Position numbers and translations under genes: made by a program. The notes beneath the pieces are model-generated. The model saw only the letters and a list, made by a program, of their open reading frames with translations, was not told where the DNA came from and made no database searches. Shown here piece after piece: positions 36,482 through 48,733 of a stretch of DNA of 64,000 bases. The number at the start of each line of letters is the position of its first letter. Position 1 is the first letter of the stretch. This DNA comes from Eledone cirrhosa (taxonomy: Eukaryota). Location: the NCBI GenBank assembly GCA_964016885.1, contig OZ024741.1, forward strand, positions 13,206,001 through 13,270,000, given 5' to 3'.

Positions 36482-36576
36482 ACCCACTCTATTACCCACT
36501 CTATTACCCAAAGTATCAAGTACTCTGGTGCGTTATGGTCCACCTGGTTCCTGACCACACTTATATATATATATAC

Positions 36577-36636
<60 letters not shown>

Positions 36637-36639
<3 letters not shown>

Positions 36640-37592
36640 TATGAAGAGAGAAGAAACATTTAGATATAATTAGTAATAAAATGTATCATACCTAAACTGT
36701 TCCTAAATTCCTCGACTACGTAGTTTCGTGGCATAAACAAAAACAATTTATCAAAGATATAGAGTCCTTGCGAGGTCTGCCGACTTATCAAGAGGATACC
36801 TCATTTTACTAGTCTCAAGAACGCGTCTACACGACGTGAGAAAGAATCCCAAAAGGCGGAGGCGGAGATAGTCACGCGATATAACGGTCGAGAAACAGAG
36901 CTAAGCCTCTTATAACCACGAAGAAAATACCACGGAGGCGGAGGGGGTATTCATATCGAGGCCGTAGAAGAGGTAGTGAAGAAGGCGAGAAGTATGAGTA
37001 ATGGAAGCTTTCCAGTTGTCCCCACGCTTCAAAGATTGCTCGACCAGAGGGAGTTATTAATATATTTAGAAACACACAGATACATGCGGACACACACATA
37101 TATACATGAATGCATCCGCACCCCTCCGCCTCCGTGGTATTTTCTTCGTGGTTATAAGAGGCTTAGCTCTGTTTCTCGACCGTTATATCGCGTGACTATC
37201 TCCCCCTCCGCCTTTTGGGATTCTTTCTCACGTCGTGTAGACGCGTTCTTGAGACTAGTAAAATGAGGTATCCTCTTGATAAGTCGGCAGACCTCGCAAG
37301 GACTCTATATCTTTGATAAATTGTTTTTGTTTATGCCACGAAACTACGTAGTCGAGGAATTTAGGAACAGTTTAGGTATGATACATTTTATTACTAATTA
37401 TATCTAAATGTTTCTTCTCTCTTCATAATGTATTTTTAACTCTGATACTGGTTCAGTCTAGTTCAAACTGAATTGGTCTGTCCCAGTCATTCATTGAGCA
37501 ACATCGGTGAAGTTGGCACCCTTAACTCACAGTTGGGTGCGGATGCATTCATGCATATATGTGTGTGTCCGCATGTATCTGTGTGTTTCTAA

Positions 37593-37600
<8 letters not shown>
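36637..37600. repeat. Double inverted-repeat element implying a circularly permuted unit of about 590 nt, carrying a hammerhead
   Basis: 36637..36947 is inverted at 37120..37432, and 37059..37122 is inverted at 37534..37600. Both flanks are (TA)n. Confidence 0.88.
37271..37358 (+). ncRNA. Type I hammerhead, U3-A8 core variant (mirror copy 36709..36796 on -)
   Basis: UCCUC-UUGAUAA-GUCGGCA...UGCCAC-GAAAC-UACGUA-GUC-GAGGA. Confidence 0.72.
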
Positions 37601-37677
<77 letters not shown>

Positions 37678-37769
37678 CAGTGGTTAGGGAAGAGATGGGA
37701 CCCCCGCGGCCTTCTATGCCATTCTGTGCGGTCTTTTGAAAGAATCAAAACTTTCCAAGAAATGTTTAA

Positions 37770-37910
37770 TTTCTATTGCTGTGAACCAACATTCTCCTAC
37801 CAAAATCAAGACACCTTTCCCATCAGAAATGGTCGACGCCCATCTAGAGGTTCTGTTGAAACTTAGGACTTCCATACTGCAACCAAATATCAAAATACTT
37901 TCCTACAAAC
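37770..37910 (+). pseudogene. Remnant of a hAT transposase C-terminal (dimerisation) domain
   Basis: CEPTFS..KIKTPFPSEMVDAHLEVLLKLRTSILQPNIKIL resembles the CExxFS..RSxLTDxHL..LR..P motif. Confidence 0.55.
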
Positions 37911-38264
37911 TTATACACAGGATCAAAAACCGTTACATAGGAAACACTTCTCTAAGCGTTGAAGTATTTAAGACTATTCAACAGAATTCGTAATATAATC
38001 GGCTTGTCTCCCTCCAGCTCCGGCGGACAGAATGGAGAAGGCGTTTCCCTGGGGGACGGCCAGGGAGACGCGCTGTCACAACAAAATCATTAAGAGGGAG
38101 TGAGCTTTAAAATTAATTTTTTTTCCGTTTTTTAATTAATTAGTACATAGTAATTAGATTTTTACCAAATAATGTAGATTTTAAGAATATATTATTATGG
38201 TTTCTTGAACGCGGTTTGATATTATATGTAAATGAACGCAGCCTTTCAAATAAAAAGGGTCACC

Positions 38265-38580
38265 ACCTCTGGGTTAGGGTGTTCGAGTTAAAACCGTAAA
38301 GTCGCATATTTGATTCTCGACTGTGCACTATGTTCTTGAGCAAGAGACTTTATTTCCCGTTGCTCCTATCCACTCAGCTGGCAAAAATGTGTTGTATTTT
38401 TAATTCAAAAGGTCAGCCATTTCCCCTCATAGTGTCACATTAAATTTCACTAAGAACTACGTTAAGGGTACACGTGTCTGTGGAATGCTCAGACACTTGC
38501 ATGTTAATTTCGCGCTCAGACTGTTCCGTTGTACGAGCGACTGGAACACTCGCCGTCGGAATTGATAGAGGTCCAATACA
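38265..38580 (+). mobile_element. Degenerate CORE-like tRNA SINE with a (CA)n tail
   Basis: A tRNA-like head is followed by TGTTCTTGAGCAAGAGACTTTATTTCCCGTTGCTCCTATCCACTCAGCTG. Confidence 0.6.
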
Positions 38581-38765
38581 CGCACACACACACACACACA
38601 CGCACGCACACACACTCGCACACACACTCGCACACACACACACTCGCACACACTCGCACGTACACACACATACTCGCACACACACTCACACGCACACACA
38701 CTCGCAGGCACAAACACACACTTACACACACACACTTACACATACTCGCACACACACACTCGCAT

Positions 38766-38807
<42 letters not shown>

Positions 38808-39290
38808 TATGGTTATTGTCTTCAATACATAAAGGTTACCACTTCCGGTTACAAACGCTGCCTCTATGTTAGGATGTGGTTTTGACAAGATACATGTAAC
38901 GTTATCTTTCAGGCAGCTGAGTATGTGTGCGAGCATGTGCGAGTGTGTGCGAGTGTGTGTGTTCGCGTGCGTGTGTGTGAGTGTGTGTGCGAGCGTGTGT
39001 GTGCGAGTATGTGTGTGTGAGTGTGTGTGTATTTGTGTGTGTGCGACTGTGTGTGTATGTGCATGTGTGTGTGTGCGAGTGTGTGTGCGTGCGAGTGTGT
39101 GTGTGTGTGTGTGTGCGAGTATGTGTGCGAGCATGTGCGAGTGTGTGTGTTCGCGTGCGTGTGTGTGTGTGTGTGTGCGAGCGTGTGTGTGCGAGTATGT
39201 GTGTGTGAGTGTGTGTGTATTTGTGTGTGTGCGACTGTGTGTGTGTGTATGTGCGTGTGTGTGTGTGCGAGTGTGTGTGTGTGCGTGCGA

Positions 39291-39323
<33 letters not shown>

Positions 39324-39364
39324 CGAGTGTGTGTGTGCGAGTGTGTTTGTGCAGGAGTGTGCAC

Positions 39365-39432
<68 letters not shown>

Positions 39433-39443
39433 ATGCGTGTGTG
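38578..39443. repeat. Complex (CA)n arm and (TG)n arm in inverted orientation around a spacer of about 110 bp
   Basis: Interrupted CACACACTCGCA units at 38578..38796 and TGCGAGTGTGTG units at 38920..39443. Confidence 0.85.
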
Positions 39444-39483
39444 AACTTAAAAACGCCCACTCCAAATGCAAGAACGAGGAAAT

Positions 39484-40146
39484 TTAATATTTTTTCTTTC
39501 GAGTCTTTTTCCCCTTTTTTTCAGGTGGCAGTTTCATTGCCGAGTCTCTATCCGAATCTGTGACAAAACTGAAGTCGAATTCTTTGAGATTCGGAAGACG
39601 GTTTGTAACTATCAGTCTATAATTACGTATCTTTTCGATTGGGTTTCCGTGTAAAGTGAGCTTCGTCAGATTCGTTAATGGAACCAAATTGTCAACATCG
39701 GACAGGTTAGCTATCTTATTACCATGCAAATATAATATTTGAAGGTTAGGGAACTTTTGTAATTGTAATGAGATGTTAGGTAGACAATTAAAGGAGAGAT
39801 CCAGCCAAGCTAGCTCTATAGGATCTTGGAAATATTCAGCCACCACGGCAGGCAAGATTTCGATGTCGTTGATGATATTGTTGTTTAATCGAAGACTTCG
39901 GCTCAATGACTTTTTCACATGGATTTTATTTGGTTGCTCTTCCAGAGGGGATCCACTGGTCTGCTCTAAAGATTTGTTGAATATGTTTTCATCCGAACTG
40001 AATATACTTGATTCCTCTTCCTTGGACTCGTGGAAAACGAGAGTCTCGATCAAATCCATTTGTTTGAAAGAAAAATCAATCGGTGCGCGTGCATTGGCCA
40101 GTTTGAATATGGTCTTCATATCTTCGTCCGGCAGCTTTTGGTTCAT
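39484..40146 (-). CDS. LRRC51: Leucine-rich repeat-containing protein 51-like (SDS22-like LRRs plus LRR cap), 220 aa, single coding exon
   Basis: Intact ORF with [46 protein letters not shown] and YRLIV...[15 protein letters not shown]. The ATG at 40146 is preceded by a polypyrimidine/AG acceptor. Confidence 0.82.
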   Translation of the reverse strand: MNQKLPDEDMKTIFKLANARAPIDFSFKQMDLIETLVFHESKEEESSIFSSDENIFNKSLEQTSGSPLEEQPNKIHVKKSLSRSLRLNNNIINDIEILPAVVAEYFQDPIELAWLDLSFNCLPNISLQLQKFPNLQILYLHGNKIANLSDVDNLVPLTNLTKLTLHGNPIEKIRNYRLIVTNRLPNLKEFDFSFVTDSDRDSAMKLPPEKKGKKTRKKKY

Positions 40147-40184
40147 AATATTTCTCTGCCGGACAAAACTGAGAAGCTTTGCTG

Positions 40185-40217
40185 CTAAAAGACAGACAAA
40201 AATCAAAATAAACAAAA
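40185..40217 (-). promoter_or_regulatory. Putative 3' splice acceptor upstream of the LRRC51-like ATG
   Basis: Minus strand reads TTTTGTTTATTTTGATTTTTGTCTGTCTTTTAG|CAG. Confidence 0.55.
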
Positions 40218-40299
40218 GGCTTCTTACGGAAGCATTTAAATTTGTTTAATTTCTTGTAGTTATTGATGATGACAACGACAACAACAACAACAACAACAA

Positions 40300-41605
40300 A
40301 AATAATAATAACAATAAGGCTTTCTTTATTAACCACAAGGGTTGACATAAAGTATAACATTAAGGACAGCACAGGACGGTACAGGACGGTACAAATACGC
40401 ATTTCCGCGGGTAAAGAAAAAACAATAACAAAGGAAATAACAAAAAAGGAAACAAAGGAAAATTCCCCAATAGGCGGGAGACTTCCGAGAGACACTCGTG
40501 GAAAATTCCATTAAAAAAGCCACGGGCATGTGCCCTCTCCCAGTTTTCAACCTCCAATCCATGGGCGCACACTCAGAGTATGCCAATTCACTCGGGCCAT
40601 GCTTGCCTCTCTCACACATCTTTCAATAAAATGCTGGGAAGAGAGTACTTCCCTCTCCACCCTGATTTTCCTTTTCAAATGAAATTTGAAAAAGTTAATC
40701 AGGGCATCACCGAATGGGTAAGTGCTCGTCTTCAGCTCTTTCAAACGCGTCCACCATAAGACCTCTTTTGCTATGACCACCAGGCAGATAAAAACTGCCT
40801 GCCCTTCCCGGCTAAAGGAGGGTGACGGGGAAATCCTCACGATGGACTCAGCTGATAGCTGGATCCGTCCTACGCGCCACAGCAGGTGTTCAACATAAAC
40901 CCACAAGTCAGCAATGCTCGGACACTGGAAGATTTCGTGGAAGACGGTTTCGTTGCCCTACGCGCATCTCGGACAGGTCCGGCTGACAGCATTTCCATGC
41001 CTGTAGAGTTTATCCCGAACTGGCAAAGCTCCCTGGTAGCACTACCAGGCCAGGGGTTTCTGGAAGTTGTCCATGGGCCCCGACCCGAAAGTTCTTCCGA
41101 AGAGATTGGCTAGTTGATTTTCGTCGACGCCCAGAATCTCCTCAAGGACGTCGTCGCTCTTTCCCTCGTCCCAGCTTTTGTCCGTCTGGAGGTCCGGACC
41201 GAACCAGACCCCTAGCAATTTAACCAGTCCGTCCGTCCAGCGACCGACGACGCTGTTGGACGGCATGGACCTGCCTCTCCAGGTGCCGAGTTTTCCTAGT
41301 TAATCATTGCTTCAATCACCGTCTTATATTCTCTTAGAGTAGTGCCGATTGCTTCGATGTGTTTGGCGTTCGACACCACTACGGTGGCGTCATCGGCATA
41401 TGCTGGCACGGTTCTCCTGCATCCTAGTTCGCGTGAGACGCCTCTCAACGTCTCCAGTTTGTACAGTAATAGCTGGAGTGTCAATACGTACAACAGAGAC
41501 GTGAGGGGACTTCCTTGGCGACCCGAGCGCATGAGGTTGAATGGTTCCGAAAGGTGACTGTTCACACTCACTACAGAGCAGATGTCGCTACGCATGGCAG
41601 CGATA
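40300..41605 (-). mobile_element. 5'-truncated, internally deleted Tx1 copy
   Basis: Motifs RQGSPL, YADD, VKLLGVWFGPDLQ, LAW and EVLWWTRLK. The 3' end matches copies 1 and 2 and has an (ATT)n/(GTT)n tail. Confidence 0.88.
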
Positions 41606-41870
41606 TCAGGGATCTATTTAATCGACTTTCCCCTCCCCAAAATGGTTGGCCTTGTGTCTAAATCAGAAACTATTATTATTGGTAGTATCGGTAGAGGGTC
41701 GGACACTATGCTTCACAGCATAGAGTTACGGCCCTTTATGATCTGAGTTCAAATTCCGCCGAGATTAACTTTGCTTTTCATCCTTACAGGGTCGATAAAA
41801 TAAAGTACCAGTAATGCACTGGGGTAATTGCTGGCCTTGTGCCAAAAGTAGAAACAATTATTATTATTGA
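41605..41870 (+). mobile_element. SINE 3' fragment followed by a near-full SINE
   Basis: Same family as 29852..30072. Confidence 0.82.
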
Positions 41871-42017
41871 TTTTGTAGTTTTTGCTGAGTCTGTTGAGAT
41901 CGTCAGAGTAAGTTTATTGCTTGTTTATGTGATTCTAAAACATTTCTATCAGAACATTCTAGTTTTGTGAGGGACCTTGTTAGGGACTTTGTTATGGACT
42001 TTGCTAGGGAGCTCGTC

Positions 42018-42218
42018 TTGTTAGGGACCTTGGTGGTCTCCCTTTATCTGTATCCCATTGTTAGGGACCTTGCTCACCTCCCTTTATCTGTAAACCATTG
42101 TTAGGGACCGTGCTGACGTCCCTTTATCTGTAGACCATTGTTAGGGACCTTGCTGACCTCCCTTTATCTGTAGACCATTGTTAGCGACCTTGGTGGTCTC
42201 CCTTTATCTGTAGACCAT
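42018..42218. repeat. 40-bp minisatellite, 5 copies
   Basis: TTAGGGACC-like starts at 42021, 42061, 42101, 42141 and 42181. Confidence 0.92.
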
Positions 42219-42499
42219 AAAAGCAGAAGCAGCAGCAGCAGCAACTAGAACAACAACAAATGGCAGCAAATAAATGAAAAATATAAAATTAATTTCCCCG
42301 CAATTGAAAATTTGACGCCGCCGCCACTATCACCCAAACAACAACAACAACAACAACAACAATACTATTACCAACACCACCACTAACAACAACAACAACA
42401 ATACTATTACCAACAACAACAACAACAAAACTTCTCCACCACCGACAACAATAACAATAAGAATTACAATAACAATAACAATAAGAACTACAACAACAA

Positions 42500-45400
42500 T
42501 GGGTTCGCAATGAAGGCTACAAAAGCAACGGAAATTTTCTGCCTGAACATTTTAGAAAATGGGAGATATTTGGCTGAAGCGGCGAAACTAACCAAACTCA
42601 AAGAATATGAACTAGATGGAACCAGTCCTCTCGAAATCATCAACGGAAAAAATATTGATATATAGATGCGTGTTCAGAAAGACGAGACCAGACGGATCCA
42701 GAGACTGACGCTAAAACAGAAAGCGCACCGAAGGAGATAATTCCTGCAATACAACTTAACACATGAGCTATAAAGTTTGTTGGCATTTCAGTTCTCTTTG
42801 AGAGTAAAGCTCTCTGTGGCACCCCATCGAGGCGACAAAAATGTTCTTTTTCCTTCATATTTAAGGAGAATAACGAAAAAGGCCAGGATTTCTGTGATCC
42901 GACTAGAGGTGAATATCTGATGAATCCTAGCCAGTGTGATCCTGGAAGTTGCTGATAACATCCTAGAAGTAGAACATGGGGAGAATACTAATCTGGAATC
43001 AATTTTGAGATACTGTACCATACATAACCAGAGAAAACTGACAAGATCCCAGATTTCAATAGCTTTCTGCACTTTGTGCTTGTTGGGTGGACTGATGAAG
43101 TACTGATGGTCCTCATAACATGAAATGAGGATATTGAAAGATAGGGTGAGGTTTTTGGTACCAACACATTTGAAGTGCCACAATCATTGCTTCTTTACGG
43201 GGAATTAGTAGCTAAACTAAAAGACTCCATTAGGAGTAGCATTGCTAATGATGTGCTAGTTGAAAGAATGGCACTAGACCATTTCTTTAATGCCAAACAC
43301 GAAGGTTGCATTGTCAGAGTTAAGACACGTGCTCTAAGACACGAAGGAAATAACTGTTTCTACTTTTGGCACAAGGTTAACCTCGGTGGGATTTGAACTC
43401 AGATCATAAAGGGCCGTAACTCTTTGCTACAAAGCATGGCGTTCGACCCTCTACCGATACTGCCAAGGAAATAACCCCGTTCGATTGGCCCGAGTAGCAG
43501 AGACACAGCACAACAGCTAAGCTTCATTTCGGTTTTTGGCAAAGATGGGTCCGTGCTCCTCGATTCGAAGCAGCTTTCTAGCTGCACTTCACAAAAGTAT
43601 TCGGGGTAAATAGAGTGTAGTAGATTATAGTCTCTACCTCGCTGGCTTACAGCAACTCTCGGCGGAAGATGCAGAGCGCTGTGAAAAACTGATAACAGCA
43701 GCCAAGTTACGGGAAGTCCTATGCGGCTATACGAGGCGTAGATAGCCTGGTTTTGATGGTCTGCTCTACGAGATTTGTTTGCTGATGTCGTTGCAACTGT
43801 CTACTGTAACTGATAGTTGAACGGAAGAATCCTCAGTTCCATAAGTCGAGCAATCGTAGCACTGATGAGTAAAGACGCGACCGAAGGGGACACATTTGGT
43901 AATTTCTTGTCCATAACTCTGCGCAACACAAAGTTTAAGGGTTTTTTTACCAAGGAGCTAATAAGGAGGTTAGCGCTTGTCGTCACCAGTCTGGTCGGAG
44001 AAGTGCACACGTACAAAATTGCGACCAGATCTATTCATGACAACCTTCACCTCATGCGATGCATCATAGAGAGGACATGGAGTAAATCCGGTTTGGAGGA
44101 GCTTTGATAAATTTGGAACAATCGAAAAATTTCGATAAAGTCGACCATCGCTACTAGGAGGCTATCATCAAGACAGCCGGTTCCGGCCCCGTCTTCAGAA
44201 GTTGGATCACTTCAATGCTGGACAGCGCCTGATCGGTGGTCAGAGTAAATGGCCATCTATTAGAACCATTTCAGATCACGTGTTCGATTCGTTAAGGATG
44301 CTCTCTCTCCTCGTTTCTGTATGTACTGATTTTCAAGACTTTACTGTGGAAGCTGGAGCTTTTGAAAGGCATCCATGTGAACCAGGACGTGGAAAGGCTG
44401 CGTCGGCGTCTGGGGAAGACGTCACCGAGATGGTGTCGAACACATCGGAAATCGAAATGGTCAACAACTTATTAGAGGAATACGAAACGCTGACGGGAGC
44501 AAAGATCAACCCGGAAACGTCGGTGCGTTTGCAGCTTGGCACCTGATGAGGTAAATCTAAATCGTCTAACAGTATCGTAAGATGCTGAAGTGACTGACCG
44601 CTTAAATTGCTCGGAGTGTCTCCATGTGGATAGGAAATCGGACGAAGTAATGAGCATGGTGATGACTCTCACCCAGAAATGGGCAGGGAGGAAGCTATCT
44701 TCAATAGTCAGGCAGAGATGACGAACGCACATATCGACTCCGTCATATATTACCGAATTACTGCCGTGCCTTGCCTCAGTATGTGCCTCAACAGGCTGGA
44801 GCGCCTGCTCTTCCACTTTTGTGAAAGGGACAGGTTCCACTGCCAACACTCTTCCCGCGGAGAACTGGATATGCCGTGGTTGATGATGCGCAAACCTGAA
44901 GCTACGTTATTTGCAGAAATTCTTAAACAGCGAACATGCATAGTCAACCTTTGTCAGGCACGTCTTTCCGCAACTCGTATCTTTATCTGAGCTAGTCTTG
45001 GATGAAGCGAAGACCGAAGCTGGGCGCTTGGAATGTCGTCAGTCAATCACTGCCATCTACTTATCGGACAATGGAGTCAGTGGAAATTCCAGGTTAGTGT
45101 TCTACAGAGAACTATTAGTGGACAGAAGCTACGATATTCTCGGAAGAACTCTACTACGTGTCGATGAGAACTAACTAAGCAGTCTGTTCCGGAGAACTTG
45201 AATAATTTTCAGTAATCTCTTATCTAGCAGTGCTACAGGTGTGAGTGCGTGTGGGAGGGGGGGGCTGCCAGTTCGAGACAAACTCTACGGAAGTGTTGTC
45301 AGACGGACCTTTCTGAAATGTGCGCAGAGTGATGAAACCATTCTGTACGAACTCGTCCAATGCACAAGCATTGCTGACTTGTGGAGATTTGTCGAGTAGC

Positions 45401-45560
45401 TATTATCACGTGAAGGATGGATCTGGCTATCAGCTGGATCCAAGCTAAAGATCGCCCTGACAACTTTTTATTAGGAATTGCAGGCAGTTTTTATGTCTGG
45501 TGGCTCTAGCGAAATAGGTTGTGTGGTGGACGCGACTAAAAGGACACTTTTCTCTTCAGT
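42500..45560 (+). mobile_element. Old, heavily degenerate Tx1 copy with a SINE inserted at 43348..43465 on the minus strand
   Basis: RMALDHFFNAKHEGCIVR, IATRSIHDNLHLMR, TGAKINPE and MPWLMMR are collinear with copy 2 ORF2. There are many stops. The 5' boundary is uncertain. Confidence 0.8.
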
Positions 45561-45927
45561 CATGCCCCCAGTAGCCTGTGGGAGGGAAAAGTTGATTAAA
45601 TTCACTTCAGTACTTCACTGGTATTTTATTTACCAGCCCCGGAGAGGAAAAGTTAAGCTGACCTCAAGTGTAATTAAACTCAGAATATAAAAACAATCAC
45701 CAATTTATACCTGTGGCTGTTGATGCTCTTTTCAGTTTTGCTTCTTGTTTCGTTGGTAATTCCAATTTTTGTTTGGTACTATGCATGATAACAGTTTAAT
45801 ATGACCCTGTTGGGTCAGTTCTGAGTTAGGGGTAACAACACTACCACCGCCAAAACCACCACCACCAATAATAACAATAACAACATCAACAAAAGCTCCT
45901 AAAAAAGACCCTCCAAAAAAATCACCA

Positions 45928-46105
45928 AGACCAACAACAGCAACAACTGCAGCAGCAACAAAAGCAATAACAGCGGCAACTGCAGCGGCAACAAAAGCAA
46001 CGACAGCGGCAACTGCAGCAGAAACAAAAACAACAACAGCGGCAACTGCAGCAGCAACAAGACCAACAACAGCGGCAACTGCAGCAGCAACAAAAGCAAC
46101 GACAA
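45928..46105. repeat. CAA/CAG-rich minisatellite with a unit of about 30-33 bp
   Basis: Repeated ACAGCGGCAACTGCAGCAGCAACAAAAGCA. Confidence 0.85.
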
Positions 46106-47074
46106 TGAGAAATTATTTTCAATTGACGCCCTACTTTATTTCGGGGTTTCACTTTATCACATACTGTTTTTTTTTTATATTCTTTTATTTTTTTCTAGCT
46201 GTTGTTGCTTTTGATGCTGTTGTTGTTTTCGCTGTTGTTGTTTTTGGTGTTGTTTTTAGAATAACATTTACTACTTATATTTGTTATTCACTTATGACGT
46301 AAAGAATTACATCAACATACATTCCAGACGAAATATACCGAGAAAATATGTTTCATGTCTTCAATTCTAACACGTCATAGGGAAGAGGCTACCTAGAAAC
46401 TATGTGACACTGTTCCAATGTAAAAACTACCAGTCTGAAAGAGAGGACAATTATAATAAAGTAAGGAGTGCGGGACTGCGTCCAGAATATAATTTTGTTA
46501 TCCCGTATGTAAAATAAGTTGGATTACTTTTAATAAACAATGAATGAATATTACATAATTTATCTGCTAAATTTCGTAGTTGTTGATTAAATATATTTTA
46601 TTGTTTATTTAAAGATTCATTTTAAAAAATGTTTCGAATGTCAACACTTCCGGTTAGCGATCGCTTAAATAAACATTCATATATTTCCGTCACTAATTTT
46701 CTCCTAATGCAGTTTATATATAATATCGTCTATTTTTACTGTATCATGGATTACGTTACTGATTACATAAGACAATGTAACACAGTCTTCGTTCAATTTC
46801 TGTGTATATTGTTAATTACCATGTTATTTGATATATCATATCTACATGTATATATACTTGCGTATAATATCAATATACACACTATACATGCGAGCAGAAA
46901 ACCACCTGAGGGTGGTTTTTCTGCTAGTGTTGTTAAAGAACTATAAACAAGATCTTCTGGAACATGAACACCTAATATTTATAAAACTAAAATTAGAGAT
47001 ACAATATATTGTCAAGGATTTACCAACTACAAACAAGATCTTCCGAAACACAGAGGAATCGAAAAGATTTTATA

Positions 47075-47290
47075 GCTGCCCTACTCCCCACCATAGGCGC
47101 TGAGCTGGTCAGCCGCAGGTGTGAGCCTCGCGAGTTGGAACGGCTTTTCCAGCGCATCTCCTTTGCCGTCCTCCGAGGAAACGCCTTCTTCATTCTGTCC
47201 GCCGGGGCTGTGGGGAGGCCACCAATATGATTGACTGACTTGTCATTTTGTCAGTCAACTGTTGCTGTCATAAAATACCTTCCATTGTCC
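47075..47290 (+). mobile_element. 3' end of a CRE-clade non-LTR element
   Basis: IGAELVSRRCEPRELERLFQRISFAVLRGNA matches the QRIS.A..RGNA C-terminal motif and is homologous to 49830..49915. Confidence 0.7.
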
Positions 47291-47381
47291 TAACACATTT
47301 TTTACTGACCCGCTGCCCTTGTTTTTCACCCTTGTTCTTATTTTTGCTTCTTTGCCCCCTGTTTCCTTCTACTTCTTTTCT

Positions 47382-47421
<40 letters not shown>

Positions 47422-48029
47422 ACTCACTCTCTCCCCTCTCTCTCTCTCACTCACTCTCCCCCCCCCCTCTCTCTCTCTCTCTCGTTTTTATTTCTTAATT
47501 GTAAAGGATATTAGATGCCTCTCCTAGTCTGTCTAGGCTTACTAGCTCTATATAGATGTTTTAATTGATTTAAAAAGAAATACATTTAGTTGGTTTAGGA
47601 GAAGGACGTAGTTCTATAGAGTATGTTCTTAACTGACAGCAATACGGAAAATATTTTCTGCCAATAGATCAATAATGATGATTGATCATCCGTGAAATGA
47701 CTTTTCATCAAACGACTTTTTTTTATCGAACTGGTGTTTTATCGAACCGACATCTGATCGAACCGAATACTTATCTAGCAAAGTCCAGCATTCGACAGTA
47801 GGGCTTGAGAACGATTCTCTAACTTATATGGAAATCTTAACTTCTGAACACCTCCCTCCTGGATAAGAAAAACTGTGGGTTCAATCAAAGGTACTAAAAC
47901 GACTGAGAACAAGAACGGGAGCGAAGAAAGCCTATTTTTCTTAGAATTATAGGTTGAATTAAGTTCAAGAATTGCAGGAGTTGGTGCAGTAATGTGCTTG
48001 CTTTAACACATCAGAAAACGGGAAGTAGA

Positions 48030-48400
48030 TGTAAAAGAAGTCGGGATGTAATTACAGGAGGTAACTGGCGAATCTCACGAGGGCGCTTGGTTGTTCCAGC
48101 GCATTAGCCTCGCCATCACCCGAAGCAAGGCTGCGAGTGTGCCGGCTTGCCTCAAAAATCATTAGAGAGGTTGCCCAGTACTCCTCGCGACGCTGCTGTC
48201 TTTTGCTCTGGTGTTGGCTCGGGTGTTCACCCCTTCCTTTACATTTTCTTTAATATTGTAACATTAAAAGAATATATCTTTCTGAAAGAATCGCGAGCAA
48301 TTTATAATTTATAATGTTATTCTACTGTAAATTTATTTATATGCTCTGTATAATAAACACAATTCTGTTTTCATTTAACAAAAAAAACAAAAACAAACAA
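48030..48400 (+). mobile_element. Second CRE-like 3' end fragment with an A-rich tail
   Basis: EVTGESHEGAWLFQRISLAITRSKAASV, followed by AATAAA and an A-rich run. Confidence 0.55.
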
Positions 48401-48469
48401 AAGAAATTGCAGGAGCTGGTGCAATAATGCACCAGCTTCAACTCTCAGCTATCAGAACAATTGCCGTAG

Positions 48470-48650
48470 GTGTAAAAGCCAAACTCACTATCTTCAGTTC
48501 GGTATTCCTGCCAACCCTTACCTATGGTCATGAATCTTGGGTAATGATCGAAAGAATACGATCACGAATACAAGCGGCCAAAATGGGGTTCCTCTGAAGG
48601 GTCTTTGGAGTAACGTTACTCGATAGAGTGTATAGCTCAGAGATGAGAGA
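48470..48650 (+). mobile_element. RTE-clade LINE fragment
   Basis: SVFLPTLTYGHESWVMIERIRSRIQAAKMGFL*RVFGVTLLDRV. Confidence 0.7.
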
Positions 48651-48733
48651 TTGTGTATTATTCTCTTTTCTGCTACACCATGGAACTCTATATATTCTCA
48701 AGTGTTCCAGGGTGAAGCAGAAAAGAGAAAAAT

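Noticed and set aside
40147-40215. N-terminal hydrophobic extension (MFILIFVCLL) as a signal peptide of the LRR protein
   Set aside because: It starts at TTG and coincides with the polypyrimidine tract of a probable intron. The first ATG is at 40146.
42018-42218. Regular 40-bp repeats as a CRISPR array
   Set aside because: There are no unique spacers, no cas genes, and the context is eukaryotic. It is a minisatellite.
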